A stretch of DNA of 64,000 bases from an uncultured Gaiellaceae bacterium (GTDB lineage Bacteria; Actinomycetota; Thermoleophilia; Gaiellales; Gaiellaceae): the NCBI GenBank assembly GCA_963799615.1, contig CAWCXS010000003.1, positions 18,250 to 82,249 on the forward strand, given 5' to 3'. Below, one piece after another: positions 29,848 to 39,610 of the stretch (within the stretch, counting starts at the first letter, position 1; every line of letters begins with the position of its first letter). The translations under genes were made by a program, and so were the position numbers. The notes below the pieces were generated by a model. It saw nothing but the letters and a program-made list of their open reading frames with translations, did no database searches and was not told the DNA's origin.

Positions 29848-30050
29848 GCCTTGGCTCGGAGCAGGCCCCATGCGAGCTCCACACGCGCCGTGACGGAGCT
29901 CGTACACGTCGTGGATCGTGCGGTGTATCCCCAACAACGAGGGATGCAGCTCTCCCTCAATATCACTCTTCCGGGGAGTGCGAGCAATGCGTAGAGCGCC
30001 GATAACGCGGGAGTCGGTTTCATCCTCTATCGCTCCAGAAGGAGTCGCAC

Positions 30051-30473
30051 ATGTTTCTGAACAAGCTGCGGCAGCGGCTCGCACGGGAGGAGTCGGGCTT
30101 CACGCTCATCGAGCTCCTGATCGTGCTCGTGATCATCGGCATCCTGCTCGCGATCGCTGTCCCGTCCTACATCGGCTTCAAGGCTCGTGCTGCACAGACG
30201 GCCGCGCAGGCCAACGTCCGCTCCGCGATTCCCGCCGTCGAGGCGTTCTACGCCGACAACGAGGGTTCCGCCACGGACATCGATGCCAACGCTGCCACCT
30301 CTGGCTACCAGGGCATGACGCTCGCCCTGCTGCAGACCATCGACGCCGGCGTCAAGCTGTCGGTGATCAAGAGCCTCACGACCACCTCCTACTGCGTCGA
30401 CTACACAGGAGGCGGCAAGTCCGCCAGCAAGACCGCGGCCGCAGGCACGATCGTCAACACCGCCTGTCCGTAA
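30051..30473 (+). CDS. pilA: Type IVa major pilin, copy 1
   Basis: ESG|FTLIELL class III signal, C-terminal Cys pair, AGGAG RBS, upstream GCCGATAA at 29998-30005. Confidence 0.9.
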   Translation: MFLNKLRQRLAREESGFTLIELLIVLVIIGILLAIAVPSYIGFKARAAQTAAQANVRSAIPAVEAFYADNEGSATDIDANAATSGYQGMTLALLQTIDAGVKLSVIKSLTTTSYCVDYTGGGKSASKTAAAGTIVNTACP

Positions 30474-30500
30474 ACCAGCACCACCATCCACATGCAACCG

Positions 30501-30528
30501 AGAGGGGCGCGAGAGATCGCGCCCCTCT
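30501..30528 (+). terminator. Hairpin terminator after pilin 1
   Basis: AGAGGGGCGCGA-GAGA-TCGCGCCCCTCT, a perfect 12-bp stem. Confidence 0.7.
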
Positions 30529-30672
30529 TCGTTGCCGGCTCGCTCCGATCCCCAGATCCCCCGCAGTGAGTGATCGGGTCACCCACAAATCACTCATCCA
30601 GGGATTGCCGAACTCGGCGCGTCACCCGATGTCTCGAACATGTCTTTCTCTCACCGTCAAAGGATGTGTCCC

Positions 30673-31095
30673 ATGCGGCTCAACACACTGCGGCGCCGGC
30701 TCTCGGAGCAGGAGTCGGGCTTCACGCTGATCGAGCTCCTGATCGTGCTCGTCATCATCGGTGTTCTCGTCGGGGTCGCCGTCCCGTCCTACATCGGCTT
30801 CAAGGATCGTGCCGCGCAGACCGCCGCGCAGGCCAATGTCCGCTCCGCGATCCCGGCCGTCGAGGCGTTCTTCGGAGACAACAACGGCATTGCGACGGAC
30901 ATCGATGCCAACGCTGCCACCTCCGGCTACCAGGGCATGACGCTCGCCCTGCTGCAGGGCATCGACGCCGGCGTCAAGCTGTCGGTGATCAAGAGCCTCA
31001 CGACCACCTCCTATTGCGTCGACTACACGGGCGACGGCAAGTCCGCCAGCAAGACCGCGGCCGCAGGCGCGATCGTCAACACCACGTGTCCGTGA
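30673..31095 (+). CDS. pilA: Type IVa major pilin, copy 2
   Basis: ESG|FTLIELL; the mature protein differs from copy 1 at 13 of 124 positions (manual count). Confidence 0.9.
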   Translation: MRLNTLRRRLSEQESGFTLIELLIVLVIIGVLVGVAVPSYIGFKDRAAQTAAQANVRSAIPAVEAFFGDNNGIATDIDANAATSGYQGMTLALLQGIDAGVKLSVIKSLTTTSYCVDYTGDGKSASKTAAAGAIVNTTCP

Positions 31096-31113
31096 TTCGG
31101 CGCCGGATGGGCG

Positions 31114-31140
31114 TAAAGGTCTCGAGCCTTCCTGCCGATA
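31114..31140 (+). promoter_or_regulatory. Sigma-28-like promoter
   Basis: TAAA-N16-GCCGATA; GTG start 8 nt downstream. Confidence 0.75.
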
Positions 31141-31148
31141 GAGCCCCT

Positions 31149-31697
31149 GTGAATACCTTCGCCGCCTCCACGCGCCGGGTTCCACGCCCCGCCCTGATCG
31201 GGATCGTCGCACTCGTCGCCGCTTTCGCAGTTCTGATGCTCGTCCGCTCCGGCGTGTTCGGCGGCTCCTCCCCCGAATCCGTCCCCGTCGCAACTCCCGC
31301 GCATGCCGCGACCCCGGCGGCGCCTCAGCCCGCTCAGAGCAAGCCGGTAGTCAAGCCCAAGGTGGTGCTCCTCGCCGGCCTTCCCACGCCTGTCGCGCAC
31401 GCGCTGCGCTACTCCAAGGTCGTTGTCGTCTCTCTCTACGCAGGACCGGCGAAGAGCGATCGACCGGCCGTCGGGCAAGCACGCATAGGCGCCCGTAGCG
31501 CCGGTGCAGGCTTCGTCGCCATGAACGTGATCGACGACCGCAAGGCTGCGGCGCTGGTTCCGTTCGTCGGACCCGTCTCCGCTCCCGCGATGATCGTCGT
31601 GCGCCGGCCCGGAAAGATCGTCGCCCGCTTCGAGGGCTCGGTCGACAGCGCGGTCGTCGCACAGGCGGCGCACAACGCCGGCGCCCGCCGTCGTTGA
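31149..31697 (+). CDS. Membrane-anchored protein with thioredoxin-like topology, no CxxC
   Basis: TM segment, Pro/Ala linker, then VVVVSLY...FVAMNV...PAMIVVRRPGKIVARFEG. Confidence 0.65.
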   Translation: MNTFAASTRRVPRPALIGIVALVAAFAVLMLVRSGVFGGSSPESVPVATPAHAATPAAPQPAQSKPVVKPKVVLLAGLPTPVAHALRYSKVVVVSLYAGPAKSDRPAVGQARIGARSAGAGFVAMNVIDDRKAAALVPFVGPVSAPAMIVVRRPGKIVARFEGSVDSAVVAQAAHNAGARRR

Positions 31698-32065
31698 AGC
31701 TCCTCGGGAGACACGACGAGAAGGACAATGGGTCGTCGGACGCCGGCGGCCCTCGTTCGCTGTTCCGTCACGAGGTGCGGTATGACGGGCGAGCGGTCGT
31801 CGTGCTGGAAGCCGTGGCGACCGGCGACGGCGTCGTCGTCGAAACAGAAGTGTTCTCCGTCAACGGTGCGCCCGGCGCGCCGGCCATAACGCGCCCCTTT
31901 GCGTTCTCCACCTCCGAGCAGGCGCGGCGCTTCGTCGAAGACGCGCTCGTGAGCCTCGAGTACCTCGACTGCACGGTCTCGAACGAGTCTCCCACCGTGC
32001 GCTCGGTCCGGGAGGCGTCCCAGCCGGGGATGCCGTTCTTCGCAGACGGCCACGAGCGCGACTGA
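31694..32065 (+). CDS. Hypothetical protein
   Basis: TTG/TGA overlap with the upstream gene; plausible globular alpha/beta sequence. Confidence 0.65.
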   Translation: MKLLGRHDEKDNGSSDAGGPRSLFRHEVRYDGRAVVVLEAVATGDGVVVETEVFSVNGAPGAPAITRPFAFSTSEQARRFVEDALVSLEYLDCTVSNESPTVRSVREASQPGMPFFADGHERD

Positions 32066-32096
32066 CGCTCGGACATTGCCTGCGCGCCGTCGGGCG

Positions 32097-33881
32097 CTAG
32101 AAGGTGGCGACCACGCGCGCGAGCTCTTCGAGGCTGGTGAGCCCTGCCGCCGCCTTGGCGATGCCGTCGTCCCAGAGCGACCGCATCCCGGATCCCGCGG
32201 CCGCGCGGTCGATCTCGTCGCGCGGAGCGTTCTGTGCGGTGAGCGACTCCAGCTCGTCGTTCATCACGAGGAGCTGGAAGATGCCGATCCGCCCCTTGTA
32301 GCCGGTCCGGTTGCAACGCGGGCACCCCACCTTGCGGTAGAGCACCATGCCCTCGCGGGACGCTGCCATGTCGGGTGAGATCCGTGCAGCCACCAGCTCC
32401 TCCGACGTCGGGCCGTACATCTCGCAGCAGTTCGTGCAAAGCTTGCGCGCGAGCCGCTGAGCGAGCACCGCAGAGACGGCGGAGCCGGTGAGGAACGGCT
32501 CCACGCCCATCTCGTTGAGCCTCGTGATGGCGCCGGCGGCGTCGTTCGTGTGCAGCGTCGAAAAGACCATGTGACCGGTCAGCGCCGACTCGATCGCCAT
32601 CTTCGCCGTCTCGGTGTCGCGGATCTCGCCGACCATGATCACGTCGGGATCCGAGCGGAGGATCGACCGCAGGGCAAGCGCGAAGGTCATGTCCGCCTTG
32701 ACGTTGATCTGCACCTGGTTGATGCCCGTGAGGCGATACTCGACGGGATCCTCGACGGTGATGATGTTGATCTCCGGGCGATTGATCTCCGCCAGCGCAG
32801 CGTAGAGAGTCGTCGACTTTCCCGAGCCGGTCGGCCCGGTCACGAGCAGCGCGCCGGTCGGACGGCGAATGATCTCCGCCAGCCGGTCACGCATCGACTC
32901 GGAGAGCCCGAGCGACTCGAGCGTCGGGGTCTTGCGCGACTTGTCGATCAGGCGCATCACGACCTGCTCGCCTTCGACCGTCGGCAGCACGGCGACCCGG
33001 ATGTCGAGCATGCGCCCGACTGCGCGTGCGTTGAGCGCAATCCGGCCGTCCTGCGGCTTGCGCCGCTCCGCGATGTCCAGCTTCGCGAGCACCTTCAGGC
33101 GGGTCGTGACGCCGTTGGCCATCCGTTTGGGGATGCGCTGCACCTCGGTCAACACGCCGTCGACGCGAGTCCGCACAACGAGCGCATCCTCCTGCTGCTC
33201 GAAGTGGATGTCGCTCGCCCCGTCGGTCGCGGCCTGCATGATGACGGCGTTGACGAGGCGGACGAGTGGGGCATCGGAAACGCCGTCTTCGACCTCGAGA
33301 TCGTCCTCTTCTTCGACGACCTCGAAGTCGTCGAGCGCGGATTGCGACTCGAGCACCTCGGACTGGCGGGTGAGGCGGCTGAGCTCGGCGAGGATCTCGT
33401 CCCGGCTCGAGACGACGAGCTCGATCGGATACCGGCAGGCCAGCCGAAGCTCGTCGATCCCGTGGATGTTGCCCGGATCGGCGATGGCGACCCGGAGGCC
33501 ACCCTCGTCGCCGCGCGCAATCGGGATCGCGACGACACGCTGCAGGCTCTTCAGCGGTAGGAGGTCGGCGGCGTTCGGCGAGGGCCGATCCTCCGCCAGG
33601 TCGTGGTAGGGAAGCCCGAACTTCCGAGCCAGCGCGCGTGCGATGCCGTCGACCTGCGCCAGTCCCTCGTCGTGCAGAGCCTGCGCGAGCGTGCCTGCGC
33701 CGGCCCGGCCACGCGCGGCTGCGAGCCGGTCGCGGGGGACGAGTTGCGTCGCCTCGACGAGGTCGGCCACCATGTCGGCGATCGTCGCGAAGCCGCCGGC
33801 ACCATCTTCGCCGGGCGGAGCCGAGCCTCGGTCACCGAGGCTCGTGGAAGTGCGCAGCGGGCCTGTGGGCTCGAAATTCAC
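32097..33881 (-). CDS. pilB: Type IV pilus assembly ATPase
   Basis: ASDIHFE, DIAERRKPQDG, GPTGSGKSTT, LRSDPD, CTNC...CPRC, YKGR. Confidence 0.95.
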   Translation of the reverse strand: MNFEPTGPLRTSTSLGDRGSAPPGEDGAGGFATIADMVADLVEATQLVPRDRLAAARGRAGAGTLAQALHDEGLAQVDGIARALARKFGLPYHDLAEDRPSPNAADLLPLKSLQRVVAIPIARGDEGGLRVAIADPGNIHGIDELRLACRYPIELVVSSRDEILAELSRLTRQSEVLESQSALDDFEVVEEEDDLEVEDGVSDAPLVRLVNAVIMQAATDGASDIHFEQQEDALVVRTRVDGVLTEVQRIPKRMANGVTTRLKVLAKLDIAERRKPQDGRIALNARAVGRMLDIRVAVLPTVEGEQVVMRLIDKSRKTPTLESLGLSESMRDRLAEIIRRPTGALLVTGPTGSGKSTTLYAALAEINRPEINIITVEDPVEYRLTGINQVQINVKADMTFALALRSILRSDPDVIMVGEIRDTETAKMAIESALTGHMVFSTLHTNDAAGAITRLNEMGVEPFLTGSAVSAVLAQRLARKLCTNCCEMYGPTSEELVAARISPDMAASREGMVLYRKVGCPRCNRTGYKGRIGIFQLLVMNDELESLTAQNAPRDEIDRAAAGSGMRSLWDDGIAKAAAGLTSLEELARVVATF

Positions 33882-33905
33882 GAGTGTCGTCCTCTACTGC
33901 TCAGG

Positions 33906-33932
33906 TATCGGCACGTCGACGCCAGAGGTTGA
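33906..33932 (-). promoter_or_regulatory. Sigma-28-like promoter of pilB
   Basis: TCAA-N16-GCCGATA. Confidence 0.7.
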
Positions 33933-33971
33933 ACCCCGAAGCGCTCCCGCGTTGCGCCAACCGTCAGCGGA

Positions 33972-34721
33972 TCACGAGCCCAGGCCCGAGTACCAGTCGA
34001 TGATCTGGTCACCGAAGAAGAGCGCCACGAGAGCCCCGAGCGCGAGGAACGGCACGAGCGGAATCGCCATCTTGCGGGCCTTTGAGCCGTGGCGGGCGAG
34101 CAGCACGAGCGACGGGACCAGCGCGGCCACGAACCCGATCAGGAGCGCGGCACCGACGGTGCGCCCCAGCATCGCACCGAGCAGGAGGGTGAGCTTGACG
34201 TCTCCCATCCCGAGCCCTGCCGGATGGATGAGCGCGAACACGAGCATGAGGGTGGACGCGGCCAGCGCGGCCGCGACCCATTCCACAGACGGATCGATCG
34301 CCGTGTGTGCGAGCAGGCAGATGACGAAAGCGGGCATGACGATCCGGTTCGGCACCAGGCGATAGCGCAGGTCGGCAGCCGAGAGCGTGACGAGCGTGAC
34401 GCAGAAGAACGCCGCCAGGGCGGCGTACGCGGTCGCGCCGAAATCGAGCACGCAGACTACGACGAGGATTGCCGTGAGCACCTCGACCGCGGGATAGAGC
34501 GGCGAGATCGCTTCCTGACAGTGGCGGCAGCGCCCGTGCAGCAGGATGTACGAGAGCACCGGGACGTTGTCACGGGCAGCGATGGGCGCATCGCACGCGA
34601 GGCATGCAGAGCGCGGGTGGGAGATCGAGCGCCGTAGGGGCACGCGGGCCGCGACGACGTTGACGAAGCTGCCGAACGCCAGAGCGGGCGGGAGCGCAAG
34701 TGCTGCGAGTGCAAGGTTCAC
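33972..34721 (-). CDS. pilD: Prepilin peptidase/N-methyltransferase
   Basis: GSFVNVV, CLAC...CRHC, ADLRY..PN, GMGDVKL, PLVPFLALG. Confidence 0.95.
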   Translation of the reverse strand: MNLALAALALPPALAFGSFVNVVAARVPLRRSISHPRSACLACDAPIAARDNVPVLSYILLHGRCRHCQEAISPLYPAVEVLTAILVVVCVLDFGATAYAALAAFFCVTLVTLSAADLRYRLVPNRIVMPAFVICLLAHTAIDPSVEWVAAALAASTLMLVFALIHPAGLGMGDVKLTLLLGAMLGRTVGAALLIGFVAALVPSLVLLARHGSKARKMAIPLVPFLALGALVALFFGDQIIDWYSGLGS

Positions 34722-34729
34722 GGTCTGCA

Positions 34730-34756
34730 TATCGGCAGGAACGGGCTTGCGGATGA
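34730..34756 (-). promoter_or_regulatory. Sigma-28-like promoter of pilD
   Basis: TCAT-N16-GCCGATA; GTG start 8 nt downstream. Confidence 0.7.
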
Positions 34757-34777
34757 GTCCCGCAGGGCAGGCGTGCG

Positions 34778-36250
34778 CTAGGGGTTGACCTCGCGGAACA
34801 GGGCGACCGTGTACGCCTCGTCGAGCACGGGGAACCAAGGCGGCGGCAGATACTGGAGCGTCGTGTCGTAGTCGTAGTTGCGGACCTGGAACATGTCCAT
34901 GTAGGGGTGCTGGTTCGACGCGCTCGAGCCCGTGTGCGTGGCCGTGCCCTTGCAGCCGCAGCTGTTCCACGAGTGCCGGGCGCCGTTCTGCGCGATCACG
35001 GCGGCATGCCAGTCGAGATCGTACGGCCCCCACGAGGCGACGATGACGTCGTTCTTGCCGATCAGGCCGAGCACGTCGTCGCCGTCCAGGACATATGAGA
35101 TGTTGCCCGCGACGATCATGTCGTCGTTCGCGGCGATCGTGACTCTCCCGTTGACGACCGAGGCCTGCGTCGGCCACGACACGACCGCCGTGGTCTCGAC
35201 GTAGACGGCGCCGTTCGTGGGCACTGGATAGGTCGAGATCGACCCGGAACAGGTCGGCTGCGTGCCGCCCGGGTCGTTACCCCCGGTTCGCGTGCAGCCC
35301 TGAGCGGTGAAGGTGCCGTTCGCGAGCAGCACGAACTTCCAGATGGGGAAGCTGGCGTCGAAGTACTCGCCCCCAGTGATCGCCGCCGTCTTGAGGTCGT
35401 CGAGGGATGAGGTGAAGTTGCTGAAGTTGATCGGCGCCGGGAGCTGCGTGCGAATCGTCGTGCCGGGGTATTTCTGGGCTCCGTTCTGCAGGCTGGCAGG
35501 TCCGGTGATCGTCCCTTCGGCGTAGAGATTGGCCGTGGCGGTGCCCGCGTGATCGATGTCGTGGTTGTTGCCGCTCGAGTCTCGCCCGGCGTAGATCTTG
35601 CCGTTCGTCGTCGCAGTCGACCCGGCGCTGTAGTCGGAGTTCGTGATCATCTGGAAGTCGGACAGCAGCGACCAGTGCACCCATTCCTGCACGGCGCGCC
35701 ACTGGGTGGTGCTGGTGCCAGGGGCGCACGAGCTCGAGGTCGAGTACGCGGGGCTGCAGATCTTCCGGCCGGTGGAGAGAATCTGGATGCTCTCGTTCGT
35801 GGCGCTGGGCGGCGTGATCTGCAGGTTGTACTCGTAGCCGTTGGCGAGCTGGCACCAGTTGTCCTTGCCGCCGGCGATGCTCGGATCCCAGATCGCGGTA
35901 CCGGTCCAGTCGATGCCGAGGGCTCCCGTTTTCGTGGCGTTACAGGTGGTGCCGTTCGGCAGTGGGTCGACGTCCGCTCCCGCCGTCGGCCGGCGCGTCG
36001 ACTCTGCTGGATGCACGTGGTGGAGGTAGTACGTCTTGTCGTCGACGAGCTTGGACAGGTAATCGTCCAGGCCGGCCTCTGCCGCCTGGAAGGCCGCGTT
36101 GCTGGTTCGCGCGCTGTTGCTGCGCGTGGACTCGCTCGTGACCAGGTCGATCAGCGCGACCGAGACCATGCTGAGGAAGGCGACCAGGATGACGACGGTG
36201 AGCATCGCGACGCCGTCTTCCCGGCGGCCGATGCGGCGCAGAATCGACAT
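34778..36250 (-). CDS. PilX/GspK-like minor pilin with large C-terminal domain (~490 aa)
   Basis: EDG|VAMLT (no E5), AFQAAEAGL (PilX N-terminal signature), Cys-containing beta-rich C-terminus. Confidence 0.8.
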   Translation of the reverse strand: MSILRRIGRREDGVAMLTVVILVAFLSMVSVALIDLVTSESTRSNSARTSNAAFQAAEAGLDDYLSKLVDDKTYYLHHVHPAESTRRPTAGADVDPLPNGTTCNATKTGALGIDWTGTAIWDPSIAGGKDNWCQLANGYEYNLQITPPSATNESIQILSTGRKICSPAYSTSSSCAPGTSTTQWRAVQEWVHWSLLSDFQMITNSDYSAGSTATTNGKIYAGRDSSGNNHDIDHAGTATANLYAEGTITGPASLQNGAQKYPGTTIRTQLPAPINFSNFTSSLDDLKTAAITGGEYFDASFPIWKFVLLANGTFTAQGCTRTGGNDPGGTQPTCSGSISTYPVPTNGAVYVETTAVVSWPTQASVVNGRVTIAANDDMIVAGNISYVLDGDDVLGLIGKNDVIVASWGPYDLDWHAAVIAQNGARHSWNSCGCKGTATHTGSSASNQHPYMDMFQVRNYDYDTTLQYLPPPWFPVLDEAYTVALFREVNP

Positions 36251-36855
36251 CACGTCGCCCTCAGAGCGGCACTCGTCGTGTACGTGAACTGACGGCCGGG
36301 CGTTGTCCCGGTGGCGACCGAGAGCGTGGTCGTGACCGACCGCACGTTGGCAGGGGTCGTGGTCGCGTTGGGCGTCGGGCTCGCGCCGTCGAAATAGGTG
36401 AAGATCGTCGCGTTCTTGATCGAGTCGACGAGCGGGGCCCACGCGCTGAGCGCGGGGAACGTCCCCCAGGGCGGTCCTCCGGTCAGCGGGCTCGTCGCCG
36501 TCGCCCGCTCGAGCGTGCCTGCGTTGAGGCGATAGGCGATCAGCCGCAGGTGGTAGGGCTGCTGGTTGTCGAGCGAGTAGAACTGCAGCTGCGTCCCCGT
36601 CGACATCTTGATCACGGTCTGCGTCGTGTCGCCGTAGTACGACTGCCGGACCTCGCGTGCGATCCGGTCGGTGGCGGCTCGCACCTCGGTTTGCAGCAGG
36701 TTCTGTTCCTGGATCTCGCCGCTGTGGTGGATCGCGGAGCTGAAGATGAGCGAGAACGCACCGAGGATGAGGCCGAGGATCGAGATCACGACCAGCATCT
36801 CGCTGAGGGTGAAGCCGTCCTCCCGCTTCAGCCGGCTGAATGTGCGGCGCATCAT
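36250..36855 (-). CDS. PilW/GspJ-like minor pilin
   Basis: EDG|FTLSEML, IAREVRQ. Confidence 0.85.
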   Translation of the reverse strand: MMRRTFSRLKREDGFTLSEMLVVISILGLILGAFSLIFSSAIHHSGEIQEQNLLQTEVRAATDRIAREVRQSYYGDTTQTVIKMSTGTQLQFYSLDNQQPYHLRLIAYRLNAGTLERATATSPLTGGPPWGTFPALSAWAPLVDSIKNATIFTYFDGASPTPNATTTPANVRSVTTTLSVATGTTPGRQFTYTTSAALRAT

Positions 36856-39608
36856 GGCGTGTAGGGGCAGGTCAGGGAGGCGTTCATGTTGACGGTGACC
36901 GTGACTGTCGCGGCCGCGGCCGAGAGCGCGACGGTGCCCGTCCTATTGACGCCGGCAGTACAGGTTGCTCCCACCGACGCCTTGACCGTGTACGTGTAGC
37001 CGGTTGCTGCCGGCATCAGAACAGTGACCGTCGCCGGGCTGGTGTTGGTCGTGCTCTTCGGAGAGGGCGAGGTGGTGTACGCGGGTGCTGCGCCTGCGGT
37101 TCCGTTCGGGCCGCCTGTGACGCTGATCACGACGGACTTGTTCTGGTAAGCGGCGCCGGCCTGCTGCACGGTGATCGTGACCGTCTTCGTCGGGAGGATC
37201 GCGACGGTCGTCGCCGCACCACCGGCCGGAACAGCGATCGTGGAACTTCCGGAGCCCGTGTTCTTCGTCACGGTGACGGTGTAGTTCGTCGCCGACACCG
37301 GCACGGTCATCGCGACGATGCCCGTGATCGGGTCAGTCGTGGCTGTGTACGTCTGCGGGCTGTTCGGGCCGCCCGTGACGGTGACGGTGGCGCCGCCGGC
37401 AGCGAGTGTTGCCCACGTGGCAGTGACGGTCAAAGTCGCCACCGGGGTGAGCGCCACGGTCGTCGCCGCGCCTGCCAGCGGCACCGAGGCGACCGTCGAC
37501 GAGCCGGAGCCGGTGCCCTTCGTGACGGTGACGGTGTAGTTGTTGGACGTGGTCGTGGGGACGGTGATCAGGGCGATGCCGGTGACGGCGTCCGTCGTGC
37601 CCGTATACGTCGTGGGGCTGTCTGGACCGCCCGAGACGGTGACGGATGCGCTGAGCGCGGGCTTGCCCGCCCACGTGGCCGTCACGCTCAGGGTCGCCGT
37701 CGGCAGGTTGATGGTGCCGGTCGTCGACGCGACTACCGTCTGGCTCGTGAGCTGCGTCGTCTGGCCGTTCTTCGTCGCCTGGAAGGTGTAGTTCGCGCCC
37801 AGCGGCACCGAGGGGAACGTGACGACGCCGGAGGCGGTCGTCGTCAGCGACTGGTTGATCCCGTACGGCCCACCGGTGACCTGGACGGTGGCGCCGTTCA
37901 CGAGTGCGCCGAGCCACTTGACGGTCAGCTGGACGGTTCCGGCCGGCGGATTCGGGAGCGTCAGGTTGACCGTGTTCGAACCGGCGTTCACGGTCGTCCC
38001 AGTGTTGGTGGTAGTGCCCTTGGTCGCGGTGACGGTGTAGCCCGAGCCGGTGGGAACGTTGGTGAAGACGATCTGGCCGCTGCCGTTCGTCGAGCCGCTC
38101 GCATTGATCGTGAAGGGTCCGCCGGTGAGCGTGACCGTCGCGCCCGAGGCAGGGGACGCGAGCTGCGTGACGTTCACGGTGAGCGTCGCGGTCGGCGGGT
38201 CCGGAAGCGTGACCGTGACGTTGTTTGGACCGGCCACCGTCACTGCCGTTGTCGTGTTCGCAGTCGTGCTCCGTGTCGCCGCGACCGTGTAGCCCGTCCC
38301 GGCCGGGACGTTGCTGAACGTGACGTTGCCGCTCGCGTCGGTCGTCGGGTCCGGCGAGACGGTGATGTTGTTCGGGCCACCTGTGAGATGGACCGTCGCG
38401 TTGGGGGCGTTCGCACCGAGCTGCTGCACGTTGACCGTCAGCGAGCCGGACGGGCACGCGCCGAGCACGAGCGTCGCCGACGTCGTCGGATCCGCGGGAT
38501 AGTTGCTCCAGGTCGGGGCCGACAGCGTCGCGCAGAGCGGCGTCGTGGTGAGCGCCTTGATCGTGTAGGAGACGCCCGGGACGACCTTCTGGCCGGCCAC
38601 GGTCGTCACGGTGACGAGGCCGGTGTTCGTCGTGAACGTGCTCGTGTTGCCGTTGAGCGGCGTCGAGGAGGTCACCTGCACCGTCGCCGTACCCGTGTAG
38701 AGCACGCCGGGCGAGCTCTCGACACGAACGTTGATCGTGCCGGGCTTGAAGATCCGAATCTGCGACGTTGGAGCGGTCTGGCTCGGCGCGACCTGCAGAT
38801 GCGCAACAGGCGCCGGCGGCAGATCGACGGGAAGCGTCTCGTAGCCGCTCAGGCTGGCGGAAAGATCGTAGTACTCCGTTGGGCCGGTCGGCGTCATCGC
38901 CGCGAAGGAGGCCAGTCCGTTCGCGTCCGAGACGTCCGTGCGCATCGGATCGGGACCATTGTCGATCGTCACGACGGCGCCCTGCAGCGGCGAGTTGGGC
39001 TTGTAGTCCATCACCTGGACGTTCACGATCGACTTGTTGATGCCGCCGAACGGCGCACGTGAGACAGGCGCCACGTAAGTGACGCCCTGCGCAAGCCGCT
39101 TCCCGTCTCGGTCTCGCGTGACGGTGACGGTGACCTTCTTGTAGTTCGCCGCCGTTGCGTAACTCGTCGGAGTCGGGTCACCGACATACGTGATCTGGGT
39201 CGAGATGGTCGCCGCGAGCCCGTCATGCGCAAGCGCGACCGATCCATCGACATCCCCCGGCGGGTTACACGGCGTCGCCGTCGCGCAATCGATGCCGACG
39301 TCGGCGTACTGGAGATTTCGGATCGACTCGATCTCGTCGTTCACCGCCTGTTCCGACAGCGTCCGCTCGCGCGCCACGCTGTGCGCCGCGATCGACGAGG
39401 TGAGCACGCCGGCGAGCGCGGTCGCGACGATGATCATCAGCACCGCCGCCATGATTGTCTCGATCAGCGTGAAGGCCGACTCGGAGCGCGCACGGGCGAG
39501 CAGCCGAAGGCGGAAACGTGCAATCGGAGAGCTCCGGGCCGCTGATTCCACAGGCTCACCATCGGGAGGCATGCGGTGGCTGGAAACCCCCTTCTGGGGG
39601 AGGGCCAT
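36852..39608 (-). CDS. Giant PilV/GspI-like minor pilin with ~8 carboxypeptidase-regulatory-like beta-sandwich repeats
   Basis: ESA|FTLIETI, EQAVNDEIESIR, then ~80-aa repeats (ATV.LTGGP...TD.SG...VP....YTV.AT). Confidence 0.85.
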   Translation of the reverse strand: MALPQKGVSSHRMPPDGEPVESAARSSPIARFRLRLLARARSESAFTLIETIMAAVLMIIVATALAGVLTSSIAAHSVARERTLSEQAVNDEIESIRNLQYADVGIDCATATPCNPPGDVDGSVALAHDGLAATISTQITYVGDPTPTSYATAANYKKVTVTVTRDRDGKRLAQGVTYVAPVSRAPFGGINKSIVNVQVMDYKPNSPLQGAVVTIDNGPDPMRTDVSDANGLASFAAMTPTGPTEYYDLSASLSGYETLPVDLPPAPVAHLQVAPSQTAPTSQIRIFKPGTINVRVESSPGVLYTGTATVQVTSSTPLNGNTSTFTTNTGLVTVTTVAGQKVVPGVSYTIKALTTTPLCATLSAPTWSNYPADPTTSATLVLGACPSGSLTVNVQQLGANAPNATVHLTGGPNNITVSPDPTTDASGNVTFSNVPAGTGYTVAATRSTTANTTTAVTVAGPNNVTVTLPDPPTATLTVNVTQLASPASGATVTLTGGPFTINASGSTNGSGQIVFTNVPTGSGYTVTATKGTTTNTGTTVNAGSNTVNLTLPNPPAGTVQLTVKWLGALVNGATVQVTGGPYGINQSLTTTASGVVTFPSVPLGANYTFQATKNGQTTQLTSQTVVASTTGTINLPTATLSVTATWAGKPALSASVTVSGGPDSPTTYTGTTDAVTGIALITVPTTTSNNYTVTVTKGTGSGSSTVASVPLAGAATTVALTPVATLTVTATWATLAAGGATVTVTGGPNSPQTYTATTDPITGIVAMTVPVSATNYTVTVTKNTGSGSSTIAVPAGGAATTVAILPTKTVTITVQQAGAAYQNKSVVISVTGGPNGTAGAAPAYTTSPSPKSTTNTSPATVTVLMPAATGYTYTVKASVGATCTAGVNRTGTVALSAAAATVTVTVNMNASLTCPYTP

Positions 39609-39610
39609 CC

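Noticed and set aside
30586-30631. Sigma-28 promoter for pilin 2
   Set aside because: GCCGAAC and CCCGATG are present, but no -35 element sits at the 16-nt spacing.
36840-39062. 740-aa plus-strand ORF and other long Arg/Ala-rich ORFs
   Set aside because: These are antisense or alternate-frame shadows of real genes, expected at high GC.
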